A stretch of 64,000 nucleotides of DNA from a virus, in IMG/VR virus record IMGVR_UViG_3300037110_000161, positions 9,271 to 73,270 of that record; one strand, 5' to 3'. Positions 46,612 through 55,477 of the stretch are shown in pieces. A program made the translations under genes and the position numbers. A model generated the notes under the pieces. The model worked only from the letters and a program-made list of their open reading frames with translations. It made no database searches and was not told where the DNA came from. Position 1 is the first letter of the stretch. Each line of letters opens with the position of its first letter.

Positions 46612-46926
46612 GCTTGCCCCCGGGGCAAACAGCGGGCCGCGGGTCCGCTCACCCGGCCGCGCTTGTACGCGCCGCGGGAAGGGGCCGGCGCTTGCTCCCG
46701 GGCAGACAACGGGCCGCGGGTCCGCCCACCCGGCTGCGCTTGTACGCGCCGCGGGAAGGGGCCGGCGCTTGCTCCCGGGCAGACAACGGGCCGCGGGTCC
46801 GCCCACCCGGCTGCGCTTGTACGCGCCGCGGGAAGGGGCCGGCGCTTGCTCCCGGGCAGACAACGGGCCGCGGGTCCGCCCACCCGGCTGCGCTTGTACG
46901 CGCCGCGGGAAGGGGCCGGCGCTTGC
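46612..46926. repeat. non-coding tandem repeat, 4 x 77 bp
   Basis: units start at 46612 (diverged, 78 bp), 46690, 46767 and 46844 (identical). Confidence 0.95.
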
Positions 46927-47004
46927 GCTCGGGCGATTGCACGGGGCGCAAAAAATGGGCAAGGGTCTTTTCCCTTGCCCGTAATCGTTCGGCCGGGTTG
47001 CTTG

Positions 47005-47247
47005 CTAGCTTGCCTTGCGGGAAGAGGGTTTCCAATTCTTCGGAGGGAACTTGTGTTTGACTTGCTTGCTTAGCTCATGGAGAATCGAATCGAAACACTC
47101 CGCATAGCGGGGGAGATTCCGCAAACGGTAAAGCAAACCGCTATGGGGGCGTACCCCGTTGCGGACCAATTCCCGCATTGCCGGCTTGTCACATGGAGCA
47201 ATCGGGTCAAGGAGGAATTCCAACGTTGCATCGTTCATTGTTGCCAC
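47005..47247 (-). CDS. hypothetical protein
   Basis: 80 aa, protein-like composition. Confidence 0.35.
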   Translation of the reverse strand: MATMNDATLEFLLDPIAPCDKPAMRELVRNGVRPHSGLLYRLRNLPRYAECFDSILHELSKQVKHKFPPKNWKPSSRKAS

Positions 47248-47923
47248 TCCAAGGGTTGAAAAGTGATGTTTGCGACATCAACTCTTCTGCCATGTCGGGC
47301 GAAGAAGTCACGCGATTTTCCCCGGAAAACACGGGGGTTTTCGACAAAGCGCGCCGACAAACAACCCTCCTTTGCGATGCACGAACTGACGCAGAAACGG
47401 CCGCACCAGGTTGCCCCTAACCGTAGGCTGAAGTGGCTACAGAAAATCAAAATCCGGTTTCATGGCGCGCCGGAAAGTGCTAGCGCGCCGGCGCGGCTTC
47501 ACTTTCTCGCGGTCGGCGCAATCTTGTTGCCGACCCTTCTCGAAGGCCGGCGCGATCCTCGGCGACCCGCAAGTTTCTTTTGAACTTCCCGCCTTGCTGA
47601 AAGCCGCGGTAGTCAAGCCGGCTTGACCGGGCCAGCTTGATGGGGCCGGCTGGCAGCTCGACCTTCAAGCCGCCTGTGGACCGAGCCGAGGCGGCCATTG
47701 ACGGCGGGGTGACCGTCAAAGCGGCTGGCGGCCGGCTCCCGATCGGCCTACGCGGCGGCACGCAGCCTATTGTGGCTTGACGGGCGGCGGGCGCGCTGGC
47801 GGCCGGGAAGCTATCGGGCGGCCGGGCGGCGGCCTTGTAGCGTGTAAACGCGCGAAAGTGATTGGGCCGGCCCGATCGGTCCCGCGCGATCGGCGAAAAG
47901 ACAGCGGCGGCGTCCCCTTTGCC

Positions 47924-47959
47924 GATCATGCGCCCCATCATGCGCCCGATCATGCGCCC
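47924..47959. repeat. 3 x 12-bp tandem repeat
   Basis: (G/C)ATCATGCGCCC three times. Confidence 0.85.
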
Positions 47960-48071
47960 CGGCCGGCGGAAGGCACTGCAGCCGGGCCACAGGCAGGCGT
48001 GAAACGGTTAGGCAGCGCCGGTGGGAATCGGAAGCGGCCGGATGGCGGGCCACCGGCTGGCGGAAGAGTGA

Positions 48072-48135
48072 GGCGTCGAAAATCCTTATGGCCCTGTTTC
48101 GGACCCTCCCAGAATCCTTATGGCGGGCGGCCGGG
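48072..48135 (+). repeat. 64-bp imperfect direct repeat, copy 1
   Basis: 52/64 identical, ungapped, to 57130-57193. Confidence 0.8.
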
Positions 48136-48360
48136 GTGGTTCAATCCGTGTAGCTTACTCCGGTCTTGTCCGGCGGCTCTTTCCCCTTGGCAAGGGCGGC
48201 CTTTGCGCCATGGCGCAAGCGGCGGCTGGCGCGCTTGATTGTGGTCTTGGCACCGGGCCGGTGACGTCCGGCTTTGCAGGTCTTGCAGCTACAGAATTTC
48301 AGGTGATTGGGCATAGCGTTGCACCGGCCTGTTGCTCCGGTTGCCTCACGATTCGGGAAG

Positions 48361-48391
48361 CCGGGCGGCCCGGTGAGGGCGGGCCGCCCGG
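48361..48391 (-). terminator. hairpin CCGGGCGGCCC / GGGCCGCCCGG
   Basis: just downstream of the 48410 stop; the same stem recurs at about 52269-52302. Confidence 0.55.
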
Positions 48392-48409
48392 CGGGGAGCT
48401 ACGCAACGC

Positions 48410-48709
48410 TTAGGCTCTTGCCAGTTCGCGGCAAGCGCGGTGCATGGTAGGGGCGACTCGCTTGATCGGTCGGGGGTTGTAGCCGATGCTTCGCAACTCG
48501 GCTAGCAGATCGGCGGCTTCCGCTTCGCTGGCGGGCCGGCTGTTGCGGATGCACAGCCCGAAGTCCGCCGCGGCGTGCTGCCCGACGTGTTGATAGCTGG
48601 TACAAAGGTAGCCGTAGTTGTCGGCCGGCAAGACGGGGAAGAGCGCGAACACGTCGCTATCGTCGCCCTTCCAAACACGAATCACAACAGGGTCAAAGGT
48701 GCTGCTCAT
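48410..48709 (-). CDS. conserved small phage/ICE protein
   Basis: VFALFP, SYQHVGQH, PA..E...L..EL..IGY motifs; AGGAG RBS. Confidence 0.75.
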   Translation of the reverse strand: MSSTFDPVVIRVWKGDDSDVFALFPVLPADNYGYLCTSYQHVGQHAAADFGLCIRNSRPASEAEAADLLAELRSIGYNPRPIKRVAPTMHRACRELARA

Positions 48710-48737
48710 GGTGTGCTCCTGTTTGGCTGGTCGTGCG

Positions 48738-49259
48738 TCATGGAATCGTGCGGTTGGCGATGGCGTCGACGGCGGTTTCAATACCCTCAACATAGGCCGG
48801 CGATTCCACGTCCACTCCCGCGCAGGCATGGGCGAGAATCAGCGATTCAAGGCCGTCGATAGCCGCGTTGTACTGTCGATTCGCGGCCGTCTTGTGTTCG
48901 CGGAGGTCACTGACGATGGAGCCGCTACCCGGCTCTTCCACCCCGTTCTCTCTCGCCAACGTCACGGTGATCCCGTAGCAGGGGAGTTGAATCTTGCGAC
49001 CAACCGTTCGGTCAGAATCGGCTGGTAGCGTCAACGCCAGTCCGGCCACCTTCAGCGCCGCTTCGGTTTCCGTTTCCTTGGCGACGAAGAATTCCCTGAT
49101 GGCCGGGTTCCCGTATTCGTCCATGATGCCGGGCGTGGAAAGGACGGTCTCCAGGAGCCGGTCCATCGCGCATGCCAAGCCTTCCGGGTCGGTTTTCCGC
49201 GGATTGTATTCGACCTCGACGGTCAACGTGGTCTTCTTAGTCTTTTTGATCTTTGCCAT
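48738..49259 (-). CDS. hypothetical protein
   Basis: 173 aa, GAGG RBS, AAIDGLESLILAHACAG motif. Confidence 0.65.
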   Translation of the reverse strand: MAKIKKTKKTTLTVEVEYNPRKTDPEGLACAMDRLLETVLSTPGIMDEYGNPAIREFFVAKETETEAALKVAGLALTLPADSDRTVGRKIQLPCYGITVTLARENGVEEPGSGSIVSDLREHKTAANRQYNAAIDGLESLILAHACAGVDVESPAYVEGIETAVDAIANRTIP

Positions 49260-49297
49260 TTGATCCTCTTGCGGTTGGGCGCTGTTGAGAGGCCGCG

Positions 49298-49567
49298 TCA
49301 GACCTCTTCTATGCTACGGATGGACGGAATCACTGTGTCGCCCACCGACACGCCCAATTTTCGCAGAGCCTCAGCAAGTTCTGGGTACTCATCGGTGGGC
49401 AAGCCGAAGTCTTCGGCGACTTCGATGTAATCCATGCTCTGGCACACTGGCTCTGCTTCACCTTGAAACAGCTTGGCAATAGCCTCGGCCTCACTGGTCG
49501 CTTCGACTCGGTACTTCATTGCATGAAGTTCGTATTGTTCAATCTCGTAAGTCAATGTCGTTTTCAC
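49298..49567 (-). CDS. small acidic protein
   Basis: VEATSEAEA motif; GTGA-coupled. Confidence 0.6.
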   Translation of the reverse strand: MKTTLTYEIEQYELHAMKYRVEATSEAEAIAKLFQGEAEPVCQSMDYIEVAEDFGLPTDEYPELAEALRKLGVSVGDTVIPSIRSIEEV

Positions 49568-49932
49568 GTTTGAGCGTCCCCTGTGCTTGAATTGCGATCG
49601 TCCTGGATCAGGCGGGCGTAATTTGCTTCGTCCAGCTCGTGCGTTTCGTAGGGGAGATTTTCCAGGTAAGTGGCGTCAACAGAAACGTGGCAATACCCGC
49701 CGTTGGCGCGCCAAATTGCCAGGGACAGCCGCTCGGTGAACTCTTCTTCGCTTTCGCCTCCGCACAGTGAGTTCTGCGCAGATGCGTGCATCGTTGCCGC
49801 GCTGTCGTTCTCGTCGCCAGTACGCCACCAGTCATCAAACGGCCACTCCTGTTCTGCCGCCGCTTGGATTTCGGCCACCTTTGCCGGGTCGTACCCCGAC
49901 ACCTCTACGCTCATCTCGTAAAAGCTGCTCAT
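49564..49932 (-). CDS. small acidic protein
   Basis: 122 aa, ATGA-coupled. Confidence 0.6.
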   Translation of the reverse strand: MSSFYEMSVEVSGYDPAKVAEIQAAAEQEWPFDDWWRTGDENDSAATMHASAQNSLCGGESEEEFTERLSLAIWRANGGYCHVSVDATYLENLPYETHELDEANYARLIQDDRNSSTGDAQT

Positions 49933-50450
49933 GTTCGCTCCTCCTTCCGGCCGAACGCTGCCCGCTGGTCTTCGATGAAGTCATGGGCGTTCTGCCATTG
50001 AGTCGTGTCGGCAGTGACGAATACCGCCCCACCACCGAACTCGCCCACGCGGGGTTTTGAGCACGTGGCGGAGTAGGTGAGCGACCAACACTGGTCGGGC
50101 CGGAACTGCTTGAGAAACTTCTGCACCAGCCAAGCGACGTTGCTGGCGTCTCCCCAGTCTTCCGCGTACAACCACAAGTGGCGGCCCCAACCTCCCGTAT
50201 CGTGATCTTCATGGAAGCCATACTCAAAACCCAGCGCATCCCATTGGGCATCGTGGTCCGGCTTGTCACGTAAGAAACGAACGCCGGACCAATCCGCATC
50301 TGCGTCGACCAGGTCGGCCGGCACGGCGTCTTCGGGGTATTCCTTCTCACCAATGGCGCGGACAGGTTGAAGCTGGTCCTTCAGCCACGCCTCCTCTTGC
50401 GCGGTAAGGTTCGCAACGACTTCCGAGAATTGCAGGTAGTTGTCTGCCAC
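49929..50450 (-). CDS. acidic phage hypothetical protein
   Basis: ADNYLQFS and CSKPRVGEFGGGA motifs. Confidence 0.65.
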   Translation of the reverse strand: MADNYLQFSEVVANLTAQEEAWLKDQLQPVRAIGEKEYPEDAVPADLVDADADWSGVRFLRDKPDHDAQWDALGFEYGFHEDHDTGGWGRHLWLYAEDWGDASNVAWLVQKFLKQFRPDQCWSLTYSATCSKPRVGEFGGGAVFVTADTTQWQNAHDFIEDQRAAFGRKEERT

Positions 50451-50452
50451 CG

Positions 50453-50815
50453 TTACTCTCCTTCTCTTGGTTGGCTTTCGATCAGGTCTTCGATTTGCCT
50501 CTCGGTGTCTTGGGCACCCAACCCATCGACCAGGTATCGGATCTGGTCATCCAATCCGCCGTTGTTTATGTCGGCGGCGATGCTGGCCGCGAATTCGTGG
50601 ACCATTTCGTCCAAGTCTTCCGGCTCCAGGCCCGCGGCGTCCGCCCTGTCCACCAACTTGGCCACCAGTTTCTCGTTGTCGGCCTCGGCGGGCTGAAGAT
50701 CCATGTCGCAATCGCAGTGTTCGCAGACCTGCCCGCCGTGCTCGGCCAGCCAGTCGTAGCGGATTTCCAGAGAGAGCCCGCATTGCGGGCATTTCCAGGT
50801 CCGGGCTGTGTTCAT
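50453..50815 (-). CDS. Zn-ribbon plus acidic domain protein
   Basis: CPQC...CEHC; INNGGLDDQIRYL. Confidence 0.6.
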   Translation of the reverse strand: MNTARTWKCPQCGLSLEIRYDWLAEHGGQVCEHCDCDMDLQPAEADNEKLVAKLVDRADAAGLEPEDLDEMVHEFAASIAADINNGGLDDQIRYLVDGLGAQDTERQIEDLIESQPREGE

Positions 50816-51087
50816 CGGCGGTGTCCTATCTTTTCGGTCTTCTTCTTGAGGAAGTCGGCTTGATGGCAGACGGGGTGTAGCGCCCGGATTGCCATTTTTG
50901 CTTTCTCGATGCACGTGAAGGCGTTGGCAAAATGACAATCGTATTCTTCCAACGGCATGAATGGCGGCGGCCTCTTCAGCCGCGCCTGTAGCACCGCGCG
51001 GCTGGCTTTCAAGTCGGCGGCCAGCGATGCAAGCTGGGCACCGGCGGAGTCCAGTTCGGTCAAGATTCGATCTTTGGCGTAGATCAC
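50812..51087 (-). CDS. hypothetical protein
   Basis: 91 aa, AAGG RBS. Confidence 0.5.
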   Translation of the reverse strand: MIYAKDRILTELDSAGAQLASLAADLKASRAVLQARLKRPPPFMPLEEYDCHFANAFTCIEKAKMAIRALHPVCHQADFLKKKTEKIGHRR

Positions 51088-51111
51088 GGCATCATTCCTT
51101 TCGGCAAGGAG

Positions 51112-51642
51112 TCAACCATCCACAATTTCAAAGGCCGGCAAAGGCGGCAGTTTCGGGGGCATGGATCGGCTCAGTCTGCGGTAAATCCTCTCCCACGCCT
51201 GCAGGCGTTTTTCCGCTGTGCGTCTCTTGTCGTTCACCAGCTTCGCCATGCCGTGCATAGCCTTCTCGATCTCTTCGCAGCAAATGACCGGAGCGCCATT
51301 CTGCGTAGTCAGCATACACCGGTCCGCCTTGCCCGGTAGGTCGGGGCGAAACTCCACAAAGCACGGATCATATTCGTACTTCCCCGACGTTTGCCGCTGG
51401 AAAGGGATTTTGTGCTCGCGCAACCAGCCCTCCAGTTCCTCGAATTCTCCCCAGGCAGCTTCGCAGTCGGCGAAGTGCAGCAGGCCGCTTTCGTCGCGCG
51501 CGCTTAGAATGCCATCTTCCGATGTGGAAGCGATGGGAGTTTCGTCCCAATCCAACCTCAAGTCGGAAATGGGGAACTCGTCTAAGAGACTGCGGGACAG
51601 CTTGCCCCCAATCCAGATTTCTGCGGCCATGCGGTCGGCCAT
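51112..51642 (-). CDS. hypothetical protein
   Basis: 176 aa, GGGAG RBS. Confidence 0.6.
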   Translation of the reverse strand: MADRMAAEIWIGGKLSRSLLDEFPISDLRLDWDETPIASTSEDGILSARDESGLLHFADCEAAWGEFEELEGWLREHKIPFQRQTSGKYEYDPCFVEFRPDLPGKADRCMLTTQNGAPVICCEEIEKAMHGMAKLVNDKRRTAEKRLQAWERIYRRLSRSMPPKLPPLPAFEIVDG

Positions 51643-51692
51643 AAGATGCTCTCCCGCGGGGTTTGCCCGTTGTAGAAGTTGATATGTTGTAG

Positions 51693-51971
51693 TTAGATGA
51701 AAGCCTCTTCTAGCCCGGCCTCCACGGCGGCCCGCTCGGTATGGTTCAACGGGCGCACCAGATTGGCTTGGGCATCGCCCCAGAACAGGCTGATAAAGTC
51801 GTACCCGTGATAGTTTGGCGTAACGAAGCCCACGCCCGGCCCGGCGTCGATCCAGTCGGTCGCGGTGCCCACGTTCAAGTCGTTCAAGTAGTCCAAGACG
51901 GCAGCAAAATCATCGCCGAAGTTCTCATAGTCCCCCGCGTCCCCCACCCTCAGCCAAAGTTGCCCGCTCAT
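51693..51971 (-). CDS. small acidic protein
   Basis: 92 aa, AAGG RBS. Confidence 0.6.
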   Translation of the reverse strand: MSGQLWLRVGDAGDYENFGDDFAAVLDYLNDLNVGTATDWIDAGPGVGFVTPNYHGYDFISLFWGDAQANLVRPLNHTERAAVEAGLEEAFI

Positions 51972-52020
51972 GGTTGCTTGTTTCCTTTATGATTCACGCA
52001 CACGTTGGGCTGCTCGCATG

Positions 52021-52248
52021 TCACGGCGCGACGGCCCGATTCTCCGCTTCTCCTTTCCACCCGCACGAATCACGATTGCCACACTCCGCAAGCAGCTCGC
52101 CGCATTCTGGGCACCGGGCGTCAAGGTAGGCGTCAAAGGCTTCCGTACAACCGGCACAAGCATAGACCTTGCGTGTTCCGATTAGCGCGTGGCTGTGGTT
52201 GTCGCGGCGGGTATTGATCGGCTGGCGGCAGATTATGCACTTGGGCAT
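52021..52248 (-). CDS. small double Zn-finger protein
   Basis: CIIC, CAGC, CPEC, C-x5-C. Confidence 0.45.
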   Translation of the reverse strand: MPKCIICRQPINTRRDNHSHALIGTRKVYACAGCTEAFDAYLDARCPECGELLAECGNRDSCGWKGEAENRAVAP

Positions 52249-52327
52249 CGGTCGGTTCCAAAAGGGGGCCGGGCGGCCCGGAGGGGACAGACGGGCCGCC
52301 CGGCGGGAGCAATGCAACGGGATGGGG

Positions 52328-52804
52328 TCAGGCGTTGTCGGCAACCTCGCCAATCATCTTGCGAAGGGCCTCCCGCTTGTCGGTTTCTAAGGCGTCGGTA
52401 TCGTCGCACTCCTCGGCCGTTTCATCGAAATCGCTGATAATGCCGCCGGCTTCGCTGTTGATCTTCTCGATCAGTTCGCGCCATTCGTTGTAGACAGCGT
52501 TGCCGTAGGTGAACGCGGCCATTGTGCTAATGGCCTCTTTCGGGGCCTGCCCTTGCCAAAGGCCGCTGTCGGTTTCCTCAAAGTCCACTAACTGGTCGAT
52601 CAGGGTGGCGGCGTCGATCAGGCTGTACGCCTTATCGACGTGGCACTCATGGTGCCAAGCATCGCCATTAGGGTAGTCGTTCAGCAGATCGTCGCTGGCC
52701 TCTCCATCGTCCAGCAGTTGCTCCAGGATTTCGTCGGCGAAGTTGCGAACCGTATCGGCGGCATCGTCGGCCGCTTCGCGGAGATAGTTGGTTGTTTCGG
52801 TCAT
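52328..52804 (-). CDS. highly acidic protein, Ocr-like DNA-mimic candidate
   Basis: 41 D/E vs 10 K/R in 158 aa (hand count); FEETDSGLW resembles T7 Ocr LEFEDSGLM. Confidence 0.55.
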   Translation of the reverse strand: MTETTNYLREAADDAADTVRNFADEILEQLLDDGEASDDLLNDYPNGDAWHHECHVDKAYSLIDAATLIDQLVDFEETDSGLWQGQAPKEAISTMAAFTYGNAVYNEWRELIEKINSEAGGIISDFDETAEECDDTDALETDKREALRKMIGEVADNA

Positions 52805-52822
52805 GTTGCGTGCTCCGGTTGC

Positions 52823-53404
52823 CTAGGCCACGATGCGAACCGATTGGAAGGGCGCGCCGGTCACGGCCGGGCCGCCCGTGCTGTTGCAGCGGGCGATTTC
52901 CAGGTGGCAGGGCATCCACCCGGTAGACTTGCCGACCCGGAAGCGGCGGCGCTCGCCGTGGCGGTCCACCACTTCTACCCGCTTCCCTTCCAAGCCAATC
53001 AGTTGCGCGGTCAATTCGGCCGGGCAACGCTTCCCGGTGCGCTGGCAGTATGCGCCGGCCCGGTCAAGGAGGGTCCGGTAGGCTTTGTACGCGCGGGTGG
53101 TGCCCCGTGCTTGCGGTGGAAGATCGTCGGCGTCGAGCGCTTCGCTGCGCAGCCATGCCGCCACGGCCTTGTGCCGCTCAAGGCATACGTCAAAGCCCAG
53201 GCAGGTATACCCGGACTTGTCGGGAATGACGTACAGCTCTTGTTCGGCGTTGACTGTCACGGGCATGGGCTTCTCGAAAGCCTCCAAGGCGGCCCTCACG
53301 CGGTCTAGGCTGGGTGCCAGAAACGTCGTCCGCTCGCAATTCAGCAGCAATTGCTTCGCGGCCTGTTTCAAGTCGGCAATCTGTTTCGCGGTCGGCCGCC
53401 TCAT
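52823..53404 (-). CDS. conserved phage protein
   Basis: QLIGLEGKRVEV and RFRVGKSTGWMPCHLE motifs; ATG 53404. Confidence 0.75.
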   Translation of the reverse strand: MRRPTAKQIADLKQAAKQLLLNCERTTFLAPSLDRVRAALEAFEKPMPVTVNAEQELYVIPDKSGYTCLGFDVCLERHKAVAAWLRSEALDADDLPPQARGTTRAYKAYRTLLDRAGAYCQRTGKRCPAELTAQLIGLEGKRVEVVDRHGERRRFRVGKSTGWMPCHLEIARCNSTGGPAVTGAPFQSVRIVA

Positions 53405-53440
53405 GGTGCTTGCTCCCTGTCGCGTTTGCCTCACTACACA

Positions 53441-53468
53441 AGCATAGCACAACATAGCTGAATGTCAC
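53441..53468 (-). promoter_or_regulatory. sigma70-type promoter
   Basis: GTGACA-N16-TATGCT with extended -10 TG. Confidence 0.6.
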
Positions 53469-53485
53469 ATAGCCGCGAAAGGTTT

Positions 53486-53689
53486 TTAGGCGGGCGCACC
53501 GCTGGCAAGGTGTTGCACTCGCACTACCTCGCTACCGGCCAGTTTGTTGTAAAGGGCCGGGTATTGCCGCATGAATTCGCAGCGGGTTGCCTTTGTCGGC
53601 TCCGGCCCCGCGGTCCCCATTGGCAGATAATGGAGAAACCAGCGGAGTAGCACGTCACGGTCAAAACTATCAAGGTTCTCGACCATCAT
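53486..53689 (-). CDS. hypothetical protein
   Basis: 67 aa, ATGA-coupled. Confidence 0.55.
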   Translation of the reverse strand: MMVENLDSFDRDVLLRWFLHYLPMGTAGPEPTKATRCEFMRQYPALYNKLAGSEVVRVQHLASGAPA

Positions 53690-54153
53690 GTTGGCTTGCT
53701 CCCCCAGTAGGCGCGTGAGAAGTGCTCGCGCGTCGGCTGGTATTCAGGATAGTAGCGGCGGATAAGATACACCCCCGCGTGGAAGTCGGCATTCTCCAAG
53801 GGGTCAACGCCGGAGTCGATCGTCAAGTTGCCGGCGTGCCAGCCCGCTTCGTTTTCGGGGTGGAAGTTGAAGCAACCTCGGAAATAGCCCATCACTTGGA
53901 GAATCCAATCTTGCACCGTAGGCGAATCGAGGGCCGGCTTCTGCCGCTCCCAGGTGTTCAAGACCGTGCGAACCGCGGCCCGCGTGGCAGGGTCAAGCAT
54001 CGGCGAATCCACGGCGTACTCTAACGACATGCAAGTGCGGTTTTCCGGCTTGCGGCGTAGGTCGGTTTGTACGCTCTTGGTAAGCATCGGATGCGTGGGC
54101 GGGCAAAGGAACCCGCCCATGCCCTCCAGGATGATACGGCCTTTCTGTTGCAT
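53686..54153 (-). CDS. hypothetical protein
   Basis: ATG 54153 after GGAG. Confidence 0.6.
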   Translation of the reverse strand: MQQKGRIILEGMGGFLCPPTHPMLTKSVQTDLRRKPENRTCMSLEYAVDSPMLDPATRAAVRTVLNTWERQKPALDSPTVQDWILQVMGYFRGCFNFHPENEAGWHAGNLTIDSGVDPLENADFHAGVYLIRRYYPEYQPTREHFSRAYWGSKPT

Positions 54154-54169
54154 GGCGGTTGCTCCGGCC

Positions 54170-54919
54170 TCAGGCGGCGTGGCTGGCAGCCGGCGCGGGA
54201 ACGTGGAATACCCCTCCCACGTCAATCTGCCGGCGCAGCCAGCGGTAGAAGTCGATGTCGTTTACGTTGTCGTCAACGATGCGGTCATAATCGACGGCCA
54301 TGTCCGGGTTCAAGGCAATCCGGCGGGTCCGCTCGCAACGCACAGTCGCCAGGTGGTAGTGGGCTTGTTCGATAAACTTGTCCACGTCGGCAACGCTCAC
54401 GGGCTCACGTTGGAAACAGGCCGGCTGAAGGGCTTGCGTTACCCGTTCCACGGCGGAAAAGCGGCCGTTGGCAAAGCGTTCCGGGATTTCGACAAACCGG
54501 CCGGGGTACTGCCGTCGCACTTCCGGCGGGACTTCCATGCCGGCGGCAACGGCGGCGGCAACGATCATTTCGTGCGTAATGCCGGTCAAGGCGAGCAGAT
54601 CGGCGTCAAGCTCGATGAAGCTGCCGTAGTAATCGCCCTTGTAAATGCGCCGCGGTGCCCCTTGGTTGACGCTGGCGACGGCTTGCCGCCGTTTCGCGGT
54701 CGTTTGCCCGACTACCACAAGGGCCGGCGTGCCGTAGGACGGCTTGTAGCAGTAGCTCTTGCCCGCTTCCAAGCCCTCGAATTCGCAAGTGGGGCAGGCG
54801 TCAAGCATGGCGCGGCACTCGCGGGCCATGTCATTGGCGACCATGCGATGGAAGCCTTTGCGAAAGGCGACTTCCGGTATCTCACTGTTGCGTTCCAATT
54901 CTGTCATGGTGTTGCTCAC
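54170..54919 (-). CDS. hypothetical protein
   Basis: 249 aa in operon. Confidence 0.6.
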   Translation of the reverse strand: MSNTMTELERNSEIPEVAFRKGFHRMVANDMARECRAMLDACPTCEFEGLEAGKSYCYKPSYGTPALVVVGQTTAKRRQAVASVNQGAPRRIYKGDYYGSFIELDADLLALTGITHEMIVAAAVAAGMEVPPEVRRQYPGRFVEIPERFANGRFSAVERVTQALQPACFQREPVSVADVDKFIEQAHYHLATVRCERTRRIALNPDMAVDYDRIVDDNVNDIDFYRWLRRQIDVGGVFHVPAPAASHAA

Positions 54920-54928
54920 TGTTGCCGT

Positions 54929-55336
54929 TTAGCAGTGTTCCCCGTAAATGATCCCATCGTCGCCAACGTACAGGTAATACTCCCCGTACTTCTCGCTGGC
55001 GGCGGTCAGCCGTGTCCCGGTGTCGGCCGGCAGGCAATCGTCGCGGTCCCAGAAGCCGCAACCGTGCCCGTTGCGGGTCAGCCAGAAGTCATGCCCGCCC
55101 AGTTCCGCCGCGGTCCATTGCGGATGATCGTAAAGGGCCAGGTCAGCCGCGTTTTCCTCTTGGAAGCGGCGGCAATCGTCGGCCATCTTCGCCAACGTCT
55201 CCGGGTCAAGATCGTCGATGCCATAGTTGGAATCGAGTGGCTCCCCGCCCGATTCGTCGCTTTCGTCGTTGGTTGACCACAGGGCGGCTTCGATGTAGGC
55301 CAGAGTGAACTCGTCAACCTGCTCGCGGGTAATCAC
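54929..55336 (-). CDS. conserved acidic phage protein
   Basis: YIEAALW and GHDFWLTRNGHGCGFWDR motifs. Confidence 0.8.
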   Translation of the reverse strand: MITREQVDEFTLAYIEAALWSTNDESDESGGEPLDSNYGIDDLDPETLAKMADDCRRFQEENAADLALYDHPQWTAAELGGHDFWLTRNGHGCGFWDRDDCLPADTGTRLTAASEKYGEYYLYVGDDGIIYGEHC

Positions 55337-55379
55337 AGTTGCTTGCTCCGGTGTTCGGGTTTGCTCGGCTCACATTACT

Positions 55380-55407
55380 ACTATAGAACAAAATGACTGA
55401 ATGTCAA
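55380..55407 (-). promoter_or_regulatory. sigma70-type promoter of the minus-strand early cluster
   Basis: TTGACA-N16-TATAGT. Confidence 0.7.
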
Positions 55408-55422
55408 ATAAATCGCCGTTAC

Positions 55423-55450
55423 TTGACATGCGGCTACTTTGTGCTATGGT
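55423..55450 (+). promoter_or_regulatory. divergent sigma70-type promoter
   Basis: TTGACA-N16-TATGGT with extended -10 TG. Confidence 0.65.
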
Positions 55451-55477
55451 TGTTAAAAGAGGCAGAGGGTTCGCAAG

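Noticed and set aside
46612-46926. CRISPR array
   Set aside because: Units are full-length tandem copies with no unique spacers, and no cas genes are present.
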